Below, in pieces: positions 47,767-58,899 of a stretch of DNA of 64,000 nt. The first letter of the stretch is position 1; every line of letters begins with the position of its first letter. The notes under the pieces were generated by a model that was given only the letters and a program-made list of their open reading frames with translations, ran no database searches and was not told where the DNA came from. This DNA comes from Gracilinanus agilis (lineage: Eukaryota). Location of the stretch: positions 73,188,345 to 73,252,344 of the forward strand of contig NC_058136.1 in assembly GCF_016433145.1 (NCBI RefSeq). The letters are read 5' to 3'. The translations under genes and the position numbers were made by a program.

Positions 47767-47964
47767 CTCCAATCACCGCGGACGGCACAAAGTTCTTGGG
47801 AGTCCAGCTGCCAAGATACACGACTGGAGAAACAGTCATTGCTCACGGGCAGGCCGAGCTCGTCCTGCTGCCTCAACTCTTCTGTGTCTTCAGCGTCGGC
47901 CCGATCAAACTACGGAAGGATCAGAAACATCGGGGAGACGCCATTCTTGTTTGTTGGTTGGTTT

Positions 47965-48110
47965 TTTACTTTTTAAACCCTTCACTTCTGTGTATTGGCT
48001 CCTGGGTGGAAGAGCGGGAAGGGTGGGCCGTGGGGGTCAAGGGACTTGCCCAGGGTCACCCGGCTGGGAAGTGTCTGAACCCAGGACCTCCCGTCTCTAG
48101 GCCTGAGAGA
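47965..48110 (-). mobile_element. SINE1_Mdo-like SINE
   Basis: ttttaaacccttcacttctgtgtattggc...gggacttgcccagggtcacc...ctctaggcct. Confidence 0.8.
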
Positions 48111-48749
48111 TGCCATTTTTGAAAGGGGCCTCCCCTACAAGGGCTCCTGTTCTCGTTTTGTTTGGGCTGTGGGCTTGGGGGCTTGGTTTCCCCTTCAGTC
48201 TGGCCTCCAGGCTCCTGGGCTCTCTGCTGGAACACGTGGCCGTGGATGTTTAGGAAACAAACGCTAGGCCGGTTGAGAAGTCGGTGCCAGTCTAGCCCCG
48301 TCTTTGAAATCCCTTTCCTACGCCCCCGCCAGGCCCCTGGACCCCTGGTCAAGTTTTCGTGCTTATGCGGACAGAGGGGGCAGGGGACCGGCCAACATGC
48401 TGGAGGCCTCCTCATGACGGGAGGGCCGCCAGGGAAGCGGCCCCATCCAGGCCCCCCGAATGGCCCCGCTATCTCGCGCGAGTTCCCCAGATCACAATGG
48501 GCTGCGGCTCAGCAAAGTGGAGCAAGGTCACGCTGTCATTCCCAGGGCCAAGGCTGGCAGAACACAATGTCTACACGGTGTCCTCACAGGGCGTCCCTCC
48601 GTCCCACCAGCAGCCGAGGTCATCCGGCCCTCGAAAAAGATACCTAATTGCCGCCACAGTAACCATCCGCGCAGGGAGCGGACCGGCCTGGACCGAAAAG
48701 AAACAAATGTTTGGGGGCCCGAAAGGAACGGAAGGCCTGATAGCAGGGG

Positions 48750-50617
48750 AAAAGCTACTTTTCGAGATAGAAGAGGCCGGCTGGAGCGAGGCCTATAAAG
48801 GGGAGGCGCGCCGAGGGGCCAACACTGAGCTTCCTGAGCGGCTTGGCCTGGAGAGGTGGCTGTGGTGAGAGCCCGGGCCCCGAGCTCGCTGGGGAGGGGG
48901 AGAGCTTGCCGCACTCGGGCCTTTCTCTCCAGAGCTCGTCTGCCAGGCCAGCCCAGAGGGGGCCTGCCCACTGCTCGCTCCCCACAGGCTCCTCTCGCTC
49001 CTTTGCTGCCTTCCTCGCCCTCCCTCTTTCTTGCCGTGCCCTGGCCTCGCTTTGGCCCTCGTCTCGAGCACCTCTGGGTGCTGGCTGGGCCCCGTTTGCT
49101 TGCGCAGTGATTGACAGCCTCGGCCTCGAGGTGGGGTTTCGGCAGGGGGGGATGGGCACGCCAAGCTGGCGTCTGTATGTTTCTGTTTTGAAAGGACCCG
49201 CGAGAACGCGAGCTGCTGGGGACGGACAATCGGCCACGATGCACTGATGTCAGGTGAAAAAGCTGCATGTAAGTCCAGACCGCGGGGGCCAGAGAGAGCC
49301 TTTCTGCCCGCCGCCCGCCCGCCCGCAGGTCTGGGGGCTGCCCAGAGTCACGTAACGGGCCCGTGGGCTTCCATGAACGGAACGGGGCAGGCTAGGCCCG
49401 GGGGGGAGGGGGCAAAAAAGGAGGCTGGAGCACACCCGGCCACGCAGGAGTTGGGAGTTTCCCTGGAAGTGAATGAGTGAGTGAGTGGGGGGGGAGGAGG
49501 AGAAAGAGAGACAGCCAGAGACACAGAGAGACAGGAAGGGGAGAAAGGAGGGAGACAGAGAGAGAAAGGGAGGGAGGGAGGGAGAGAGACAGAGACAGAG
49601 AGGGGCAGGCAGAGGGGAAGAGAGGCAGGGAGGCAGAAGAGCCAAATGCAGTCTTGGCAAGCGGACAGAAACAATGGGATTTGCTTCAAGTTGTGATGTT
49701 GCCAGTGACCAGTCTCTTGACTGGGCCTCTGACGGCTGGCGGGGCAATTTCCGGCCAGTGGTTTTCTGCCGCTATTCCGTACTTCGGCCTTCCCCGCACT
49801 GTCCTCCCAGCCCCCTGCTGTTGTGTTTGTTTGACTGGGAACCTCCGGGATGCCATGGATCGGCCTCGGTGCGCCCTCTACCCTTCGGCCCCGTTTGGTC
49901 CCCAGATGTGAGAGGCGGGAAGCTGGGCTCCTCTGGCAGGGCTAGCGTTGGCGGCTTGGCTGGGGGCTGATTTCTGGGAGTCTTTAAGAGGGTGTCTTCA
50001 GGGCAGTGGGCTGGGGAGAGAGACTTCCTGGAGGTCCTTTAAAGCGTCCCCTCGAATTCTGCACCTCAGCAGCCTCGGGTCCGCTGCCGCCCCGCAAGCC
50101 AGAGGGGGGAGCCAAGCCGGCGGGTTGGCGAAGCCCGGAGGGCCCCGGAGAGAGCGGCAAGGCCCCCGTGGTGGTGGTGGTGGTGGTGGTCCAGGTGAGC
50201 AGCGCCGCGATGGTGTCCAGAGCCAAGAGGCCCGCGCCCCTGCTGAAGGGAGAGGAGGCCCAGCTCTCCCTGGAGCACTGGATCCAGAAGAAGGGCCAGA
50301 GCCCCTGGCAGCCCGGCTTCTTTAAGTCGGAGAGCCCGGCGGCGGCGGCTAGCGAGGCCTACGCCAAGTTCTGCGCCGAAGCCAAGCCGAGCAAATGCCA
50401 GCGCGACGCCGGAGCCGCCTGGGCCCTGTGGCAGGCCTGCGTGGACGGCGGCCAGCTGCTGGCCCAGCGGCAGGAGGAGTGCGCGGCCTGGCAGACCAAG
50501 AGCCTGGAGCTGGAGTGCAAGTGTGCCCAGCTCCAGCAGGAGAAGCAGAGCCTGGAGGAGGCCTGGGAGGCCGAGAAGCTCCGGGCGGCCTTGGGGCCCC
50601 CGCCGCCCCCGCTGCCC
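48750..50617 (+). promoter_or_regulatory. CpG island and candidate TATA promoter upstream of the Gag-like ORF
   Basis: TATAAA at 48794-48799 in GC-rich context; ccgccc repeats at about 49310-49325; CpG density continues through the ORF. Confidence 0.4.
50210..50617 (+). CDS. Unrecognised protein-coding ORF, retroviral Gag N-terminus-like plus coiled coil; 3' end lost in assembly gap
   Basis: gccgcgATGG Kozak start; 136 stop-free codons up to the gap; 128/136 end in G/C, and the bias starts abruptly at this ATG. Motifs W-x5-SPW and KPSK-x5-GAAWALWQA, then a heptad-like stretch (LLAQRQEE...LEEAWEAEKLRAAL) and PPPPPLP. Coding status is well supported; the Gag assignment is from recall. Confidence 0.75.
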
Positions 50618-51117
50618 NNNNNNNNNNNNNNNNNNNNNNNNNNNNNNNNNNNNNNNNNNNNNNNNNNNNNNNNNNNNNNNNNNNNNNNNNNNNNNNNNNN
50701 NNNNNNNNNNNNNNNNNNNNNNNNNNNNNNNNNNNNNNNNNNNNNNNNNNNNNNNNNNNNNNNNNNNNNNNNNNNNNNNNNNNNNNNNNNNNNNNNNNNN
50801 NNNNNNNNNNNNNNNNNNNNNNNNNNNNNNNNNNNNNNNNNNNNNNNNNNNNNNNNNNNNNNNNNNNNNNNNNNNNNNNNNNNNNNNNNNNNNNNNNNNN
50901 NNNNNNNNNNNNNNNNNNNNNNNNNNNNNNNNNNNNNNNNNNNNNNNNNNNNNNNNNNNNNNNNNNNNNNNNNNNNNNNNNNNNNNNNNNNNNNNNNNNN
51001 NNNNNNNNNNNNNNNNNNNNNNNNNNNNNNNNNNNNNNNNNNNNNNNNNNNNNNNNNNNNNNNNNNNNNNNNNNNNNNNNNNNNNNNNNNNNNNNNNNNN
51101 NNNNNNNNNNNNNNNNN
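50618..51117. other. Assembly gap (500 N) truncating the Gag-like ORF
   Basis: N run. Smaller gaps are at 9880-9918, 18041-18111 and 30156-30233. Confidence 0.99.
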
Positions 51118-52075
51118 GAATTTTTCAGCTATCCGAATAATCCGCTGGTGGTTTGATTCGCCTGGCACCGAGTTCATTGAGGTAGTAGAATCATTATCAC
51201 AGGCCATAGTGTTGGACTCCTCAGGACCCCATTTTTTGGCCAAGAGACCGAAGTGGTTTGCCATTTCCTTTTCCAGCTCATTCTTCATGTGAAGGACTGA
51301 GGCAGAGAGACTCAGCGCCTTCTCCAGGGTCACACAGCTGAAAGAACTCACAGCTCCCCAAGCCTGGCACCATTCACTCTGCCACCCCGCCTTGGCCTAC
51401 CCATAAGGAATTCATTTCTCCAGTATTTAAGTCTGTTGTTATTTCTAGAAACAGTTATATCCCCAGAACCCCCCCAAGACTTTATACGTTCTGTTGTTAC
51501 TTGAAATGAAATGTCCCTCTCTGTCTCCTCTGACTGGCTCTTAAATATCACAAATAATTTGATCTTAGCGAAGCCCCTAAAGAAGCAAATTTCAAAATAA
51601 GAGTTTCCTTTCTTTCCTCTGTCCCAGGCCTAGGAAATTAGACACGAGATGATATTTGATTTGTTTCAACTGGCCAGTGTCTCCCGGCACCCCCAACTCC
51701 CCACCCTCGTCGCGATACACACAGCCATGGCCGAAACGATTGTCTCGTGGTGTGCTCTGAGCCCTTCTCTCTACCTCTTGAGCAAGAGGTGGGGAACATG
51801 TTTCCTTATTAGTCCTTGGGAATCCCATTTGTTCATGCTACTGTGAAGAGTTCAGCCCACTGATATTCTCTCACGTTTTCTCCCGTAATTTGTTCCTCTA
51901 GGCCCCAGTTTATGGCCGCCACCTTTGATTCCTGTTCTTCGGCACTTCAAGAAGAGCACCAAACAGTTTTCTGTCTCCTCGGGGCTCATTTCGTTTACGA
52001 TTCGTTTTGTTCTTCAGTCTTGTCCAACTCTGCCTGATCCCATATTGGGTTTTATTGGCCAAGATCTTGTTTTCT
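51118..52075 (-). mobile_element. Probable old LINE ORF1-like remnants
   Basis: Coiled-coil-like fragments and an RR-x-RII-x-E-like motif at 51120-51170; weak. Confidence 0.3.
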
Positions 52076-52084
52076 TTCTCCAGC

Positions 52085-52235
52085 TTGTGTTACAGATGGG
52101 GAAACTGAGTCAGACAAAGTGAAGTGCCTTGCCCAGGGTCACACGGCTACTAAGTGTCTGAGGCCAGTTTGGAACTCGGGTCCTCCTGACTCTAGGCCTG
52201 GCTCTTTATCCACTGCACCATCTAGCTGCCCCAGG
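52085..52235 (-). mobile_element. MAR1/MIR-core SINE
   Basis: ttacagatggggaaactgag...tgcccagggtcacacggct...ccatctagctgcccc. Similar core-SINE pieces occur near 6620, 7070, 29380, 32520 and 56510. Confidence 0.75.
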
Positions 52236-52358
52236 ACTTGATGAGGACTCATTTAATCTTCCCTCCCAATCCCATTTCCTTTTATCCCCCCGCCCCCAGA
52301 GTAAAATGTATTTCTGTGCCCAACTTGGGTGTTTGTGTGTCTGCATGTCTCTCTGTTT

Positions 52359-52360
<2 letters not shown>

Positions 52361-52404
<44 letters not shown>
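52361..52404. repeat. (GT)22 microsatellite
   Basis: Read directly. Confidence 0.97.
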
Positions 52405-52405
<1 letters not shown>

Positions 52406-52699
52406 TGTTTTTGATCAGGTCAAATGATAATGAGGTTTAAGCGTCAGCCACTCCTCCCATCGCCCACCTCCTTGTATCTGTGTCGGCTTGGGTGCCCTGG
52501 TTGGCCGTAGCCCTGCCATCCCCCACCCCCCCAGGTGTAGAGATCCCTCTTTCTGTCTCCGTTCTGAAGATCATTGGGACAAAGTGATCTATTTCGGCCT
52601 TGGCACATTGGGCTCCCTCAGTGGGATGCCTCTAATCGTGACAGGCCCCCAAGGGGAGCTTGGCTAGATCAGCTGCTCATATTTGGATGGGAACGGTTT

Positions 52700-54250
52700 C
52701 CCTTTGCTTAGTTGTCCATGGAGCCCTGGCTTTGTATTTCAGAGTTTCTCCTTGGCTCTAGCCTTCTCGTGGAATGGTTAGGAGTCATCTTTCAGTCAAG
52801 AGCCATTGCCACCATAACAGTTTTGCTGGGGAGGTTACCCTTCCGGACTGTTACATTTCCAGGTGTCTGCTCTTTAAGAGTGGCGGCTGCTAAATTGGGG
52901 CTCCTCCTTTCTGGCCACTTGCGGTATTTTTGCCCCACCCTGGATTTTGGCTATGATATTCCTGGGGGCTTTCTTCCTTTTTCCACTTGGTCCTCTGTTC
53001 CTACGAGATCCAGGCAGTTTCCTTTCCTGGTCCCGTGCTCTCGGTGCTCAGGAGATCTGCCGAGTCTCAAGTTTTGATCTCTCCTTGATCTCTTTTCCAG
53101 GTCAGCCGTTTTTGCTCCAATAACTCAGACTTTGGAGTTTGCTTGAATATTTCTTGTTGCCTCGTGGAGTTATTGCTGAGGGTTTTGCACTTCTCGTGCC
53201 AAGCTCTCGATGCCCTTCCCGATTCTTTCTCCCGTGTTTTCCCTTTTTGTTTCATCCAGCACCGACGCTCCATTCACGAGAACGTTTTTTAGCTCTGCTT
53301 TTCGACTCCTGTTTCGTCTCTCCCGGCAGCGGTCAAATTTGTGCCCAAGTTGGGTTTGCGTTTTACTCTGGGCCTTTGCTCATAGATGTTTCTTCCGCGT
53401 CTGCGTCTGTAATAAAAGCCCCTTCTTGCAGCCCGCCTGCAGACTCGATGTTCGGCCCGGGCCTTTTTGGGAGGAAGGTCTAGGCCCTGGTGTCTGAAGC
53501 CCTCCTGCCTGACTCCTCTTCTGAGCTGCGGGGGAACGAGGACTTGCTGTGACTTGGGAGGGGGGGGCGGCAATTTGCCAGAACCAGGATAAGGTCTGGT
53601 GTGTGTTTTCGATGCGTTTGGAGGAATGCGTGGAAGGGAGCTCGCCCCACTGCTTCCTCTAGGTCGGCCTTGGCTTGTCATTTGCGAGAGACCGGTAGCC
53701 GGACCATGGGGCAATCTGGAGCGTAATAAATTTAGAAAGGCGGCTGGACATGCCAAACGACTTGGGCCCCATTTGATCCCTTCTGAAACCTGAGCTTGCT
53801 GAGCGGGGAGTGACATAGACAGGCCTGGCCTTTGGGCAGATCACGTGTGCAGCAGTGAGATGGAACACAGATTGGGCAGGCGGGCGGGCATGCTGGAGCC
53901 AGGGAGGCCAGGGAGATGGGAGAGAAGCACAAGGTGGAGCCGGGATATCTAGAATGGTGAGGAAATGGAAGAGCATTATGCCTGGGTTGGAGGGGGAGAG
54001 CTAAAGGGCTCTCTTTGGGGCTTGGGGGTTTTCTGATGCATGCAGCCTAGAGGCTTCTGGATAGCCCCAGGCACCTGGGAGTAGAGGGCCCAGCTTCCAC
54101 TTTGGGCCTGGCTGATTGGCTTAGCAGAGGAGCCTGATTAGATGCAGAGCCAATCAGTGGCGAGGGCGCTGTGAGCGCAGGCTGGGGGTGGAGCCTCGAG
54201 TTGCTTTCGAGTTTTTGAGTGTCTTTTGCAGAGGAGCACGGATAGCTTAG
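52700..54250 (-). mobile_element. Degenerate L1 ORF1 with probable 5' UTR
   Basis: Minus strand KTADLEKRSRRDQNLR (L1 ORF1 hallmark) near 53050-53120. The assignment of the GC-rich upstream part as 5' UTR is tentative. Confidence 0.6.
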
Positions 54251-54769
54251 GTTTCTCCCCGAGAAAGCTGCTCAGCCGACTAGGACGTTTGGGTCTTTGG
54301 ATTTGGGATCATCTGGGTAACGTGAGATGTCACTGCTGGCGTAATGAGGCCCGGGCAGGGTACCTTTGGCTGGCACGAATGACAGACTCTGGAGGTCTTT
54401 CTTATTAGGCAAACCAGTACCCATTGAGCCATGATAGCTATCAGTGGCAGACGGGGAAACCATACAGATGGTTACGTCGAAGAGTCATGGTCCGGCCTCA
54501 CCCAGGCAGCCAAGTCCGGGTTACAGGCAAAGCTCATCTTTTTATGCCTCCCGTGACTTGGTAAGGAAGTGGGGAAGAGGCCAGAATGCGAATTCTTGGA
54601 GACTTTGGGTTGGGGCAAGATGTCAATATGCTCAGAATACTAATCAGGAAGCCCCTGCCAGAGAGGACCGGATTCCAGTTGCATGCTGGGACTAGACTTT
54701 ACGAAATTTGGCGTGCCCGCTCGTTCTTCCTTTTTGAAGGAGATGGTCAGGACTCGTGAACTCGGGAGT

Positions 54770-54890
54770 CTTTTTTTTTTTTTTTAAGCCCTTGTACTTC
54801 AGTGTATTGTCTCATAGGTGGAAGATTGGTAAGGGTGGGCAATGGGGGTCAAGGGACTTGCCCAGGGTCACACAGCTGGGAAGTGGCTGT
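54770..54890 (-). mobile_element. 5'-truncated SINE1_Mdo-like SINE
   Basis: Poly-T then aagcccttgtacttcagtgtattg...gacttgcccagggtcacacagctggg. Confidence 0.8.
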
Positions 54891-57289
54891 CGGGAGTCTT
54901 TTTGATTTTGCCACAATAGCTTGTTTTTGCCAGGAGACCCAGGGGGACGTCATTTCTCTCATCGTTCTTCGGTCTTGGCAATCCCTTCGGAGCCTCAGTC
55001 TCTTCGTTTGGAAAATGGGCCTTTTGGTTTTGGTCCTGTTGACTTGGAAAAACCCAGAACCACCGAAGTAGTCATAAAGCCAAATCTTTAATCAGGACAG
55101 AGACAGACAGGCCCTTTGTAAGTGGCCGCCACACGGAGCCCAGTGCGAAATACGGCAGAGTTAGAAATCGGGGGCTCTGGGACAGTGTCTCCTCTCTAAG
55201 AGAATCACCATCTGGATGATCCTCCAAAGAACAGTAGAACTTAGGGACTTAGATGCCTTTTGGGGGGGAAACGAGTACAGCGGACATCCACTGACAGTTT
55301 ACAAGCAGGCTTGGGAGAGAGGCAGTAGCCAGAGGCTGGGGAAACAATGCTGGGCTTCTTGGGAAAGGATCTCTGACACCACGGGGGAAGCTTCGTAATG
55401 AAGGGTTTGCGCACTTCTGTGAGGACAGATCCCTCATTCAGTCTGAGACTGAGTCAGTTTGGGACGTCCCCTAAAGGCAAGCTCTCGAGGGAAATGGGCA
55501 AACGTGGGGCTTCCAGAATTCATGGTGCCAGGACCATCCACCTCCACTACCAGGCTTGTTAGCTGGGAGGCTCCGTTGAGATAGCGTGAAGTGCTGGAGG
55601 ATGAGCCAGTCCTAAGTAATGCAGCAGAAGTGACCTTAGAGGTCATCTAAGCCAGGCCACCATTTCACAGCCAGAGAAAGGCAGACAAAACGGCACGGGA
55701 TGCAGCCCCCTGCTGGTAACCCCGCGTCGGGAAGTCAAACCCGCCTTCTCCTCCTTTTGGCTTCACAACCAAGGCAGTGCCATTCTGTCTGTGACCTGAG
55801 CAGCTTGCCAGAGACCTAGCTGGAGAGCCGAGGGTTCAGAGTGCCCGGCTCGCCTTCTCTGTCACTTTGGGTAACGGAATGGCTAGGCCTCGGTCTGCTC
55901 GGCCGACCGCTTGGAATATTGCGCAGTGAGTGACTTTCTTGTTTGGGGCGTGTTTTGAGAATGCCACTGATTGTCTTCCCACTCCCATTCGTTGTCATTT
56001 TCTGGATGCCCCCAAGGGGCCCAGTCTGGAAGGTCCTTGTCTACACAAGCTCCATAAGCTGTGCTTGGAGGAGTCTAGTGCTTGGCCCCTCCTCTCCCCA
56101 AGAGCCCTCGTGTGTCTAACTTGCCAGGTTTTCCCGGTGTAGCCGACAGCCCGAGTCATGACTGACTCGGCTTCATCTTCAACGGGCCCCTTCCCCCGGA
56201 GCAGCGTCACCTGCCCGGGGTCGCTCTCGGAACCTCTTGTGTGTGGCTGGCAGGCAGGCAGGCAGGCAGGCAGCTAGTTTTCCAGGAACCTGGTGTCTTG
56301 AAAGCCAGATGCTGTTGAAGCCTAAGAGGCAGATTAGAAAGCTGGGCCTCTTGCCTTTGCTTCTCAGCCCTCCTCCGTTGAGAGACGAGCATTTAGATCT
56401 TGGCAAACGTGTTCCTGAACAGCCTTAGGATACAAAAATATTTGGAGTAGCAAAGAGCCGAAAACAGATTCGGTGCCCATCGGTTGCAGAATGGCTGAAC
56501 AGATTGTCCGAGAAACTCAGGGACACTCGAATAAGGGAGCGGAAGCAGGAAAACGAGTCTGAGGCCAGACTCGAACTCGGGAAGATGAGGCTTCCTGACT
56601 CAAGGCCTGGCACTCTCTCCACTCTGCCACCTCCTTGCTCAAAAGCGACGTGTGATCACAATGGCCAACCTCGGCCCCGAGGAGGGGGATGAGGGAATGG
56701 GCCGCCTTCCTTTCCTTGGAGCACTAGAGTTGCCTGGGTGGTTCTTGTTGCCAAAGTTGGCCCTTCTTTTTTTTTCTTGTGGGAAGGAAGGGAAGTGGGT
56801 GAAGTGACCTTCCTCTGAATTCAGCCCTCCCAAAGCCTCGATGGCCTTTCTGATCGTTGCCCAATTGAACTTGGTTAGAATAGGATTCAGTTACACGCGG
56901 TGTCGTAGTCAGTGATTCCATCTGTCCGTAAAGAACCCTGTGTTGAAGACAATTTGAATCCAGGACAGGGAAGGTGATGGTGTTGGCAGAGATGTCTGGG
57001 AGGAAGGTGGAAAGCCCCGCCTTGCCGTTAGCTCCTGTTTCCATGGGGCTTCCAACAGATGTCGGCCTCGTTTTACAACGGAGACCCAGGCTTGGAGAGA
57101 TGAACCGCCTTGTCTAGGGACGCCCAGCCGGGAAGCGTCTGAGGCCTGGCGCAGGCCTTCCAGACTCTCTGTAGGACGCCTGCCATGGGAGCAAGGCTGG
57201 CCGCAGAAGAAAAGAGAACTAGGCCCCGGGTGAGGGGAATCACCCACTTGGTTTCTGCTTCTCTCAAAAGTCCCTTAACAATCACACAG

Positions 57290-57375
57290 ATTGGCTGAGG
57301 TGACTGGCCGTCCTATGCGTGTCGTGGGCTGGTATCATTCCCACCCCCACATCACTGTGTGGCCGTCCCATGTTG
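57290..57375 (+). CDS. BRCC3: BRCC3 (BRCC36 K63 deubiquitinase) internal exon with JAMM motif
   Basis: (R)LAEVTGRPMRVVGWYHSHPHITVWPSHV(D); JAMM HxH...S..D residues intact; CAG acceptor, GTAAGT donor. Confidence 0.95.
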
Positions 57376-58268
57376 GTAAGTAGCGATGGAGCAGGTACTT
57401 GGCAGTGTGGATTCATCGAGGCGGCCTCCGACGACAGAGATGGGGGAGAGGTTCACGCGCATCAGGACTCTGACCTGGTTTTTCTGCAGTGGCTGCAAAG
57501 CCACTGGGGCAAGGCTGGCTTTTGCCTCGGGTTTTTTCCTTGCTGACATGGAGCCATCCTCTGGCCATGGGGTCCCCGAGAAGGAGACAGAGACACAGAC
57601 AAACGGGCCCCCGAGCTGGCCGGCCCAGGAGGCAGCCCCACGGCCCTAACCCTAAATTCCCACCTGAGCTACGACCCAGAGCAGCTGATTAGGAGACGAT
57701 AGATGAGACGGATACGGCTCCCCTTTGCTCAGTGGCTCACTGGGCCGGCCAGGAGGGCAGTTGAGAAGGTGACCTGGGCTGAAGCCCCCCACGGTAGCAG
57801 TGATCTCCACTGGCCCCCGAGTTCACGTTTGACCCGAAGACCTCAAGGGATGGAGAAAATACAGGCTAGCTGATGGGGGAGGAGGGAGGCCCACTGACTG
57901 TCCTTAAAGGCCACCTGCCAGGGCTCCCGTTCCCTGATGGAGTCATCTCTGAGTGGTGACCGGCTAAGGAAAAGCAGGCTCTTGTATGTCAGCTGAGAGC
58001 AGGGGCCTGCCTTGGGTCCTTGGCAGTGGAGTCGTTCTTTTTGGTCTCTTTAGGAGCTCTCCTTCGCCTGTAACAGAGTTCCAAATGGAGGTGGACTCCA
58101 CGAGAGCCTTCCTCCAGACCTCTGTCTCGGTGCCGCTCCCGTTCCTTGGAATCCATAACGTGGCACCATTGTAACCCTTCACCGAGCCTCTCCAAGAACT
58201 TGCCGAGAGACTGCCAGTGGACTTGCCAGTGGACGCTTAGGTTTTCTTTGTGCTTTTGGCTTCTGTAG

Positions 58269-58357
58269 ATATTCGCACTCAGGCCATGTACCAGATGATG
58301 GATGAAAGCTTTGTGGGACTGATTTTCTCCTGCTTCGTGGAAGACAAAAACACCAAG
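58269..58357 (+). CDS. BRCC3: BRCC3 internal exon
   Basis: (D)IRTQAMYQMMDESFVGLIFSCFVEDKNTK; 89 bp; TAG acceptor, GTAAGT donor; in phase with the previous exon. Confidence 0.95.
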
Positions 58358-58423
58358 GTAAGTGGAGCCGCAGGAAAGTTGCCATTTTGAAGTCTGTAAG
58401 GGATTCAAATCTCCATTTGAGCC

Positions 58424-58457
58424 TGGGCTGGGCTGGGCTGGGCTGGGCTGGGCTGGG
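58424..58457. repeat. (CTGGG)n pentamer repeat in a BRCC3 intron
   Basis: Read directly; G-run spacing is compatible with a G-quadruplex. Confidence 0.9.
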
Positions 58458-58899
58458 CGAAGGGATGGAGGCTGATAAGTGGGCAGGTCTCCCCCTGGGC
58501 CAGTGTTTCTAGAATGGGAGCTTCCAGGCTGGCGGCCCAAGTCATCACAAGGAAGATTAGCAGCAGGGATTCGAAGTTGAGACTACATCGCTAGGGCACT
58601 GAGGTGCTGAGAGCTTCCATGATTTATGTGCTGGGTGTCCACATTAGGATTTGAACCCAGGCCTTCTTGCCTCAAGGGCAGCCACAGCGCCCCTCCCTGG
58701 AGTCTCGGTGCTCTTTTTATCTTACTTGAATCTCTTTCAGTTAGCCAACATCTGCCTTTTCTCCCTCCCACCCACATATCCCACTTGGAAAAAGAAAGCA
58801 AACCGAAGCCCCAGTTACAAGCAAAATGAATTTCCCTATTGAGTGTATCCAAAGAAGGGGGGCCGCTTCTGACCGTGCTCCCCAAAAGGCCACTTGTGG

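Noticed and set aside
50006-50209. N-terminal extension and post-gap tail of the listed 428-aa ORF
   Set aside because: Non-ATG start, no third-position GC bias and a (GTG)7 repeat. The post-gap tail (51118-51292) is in frame only because the gap was set to 500 N.
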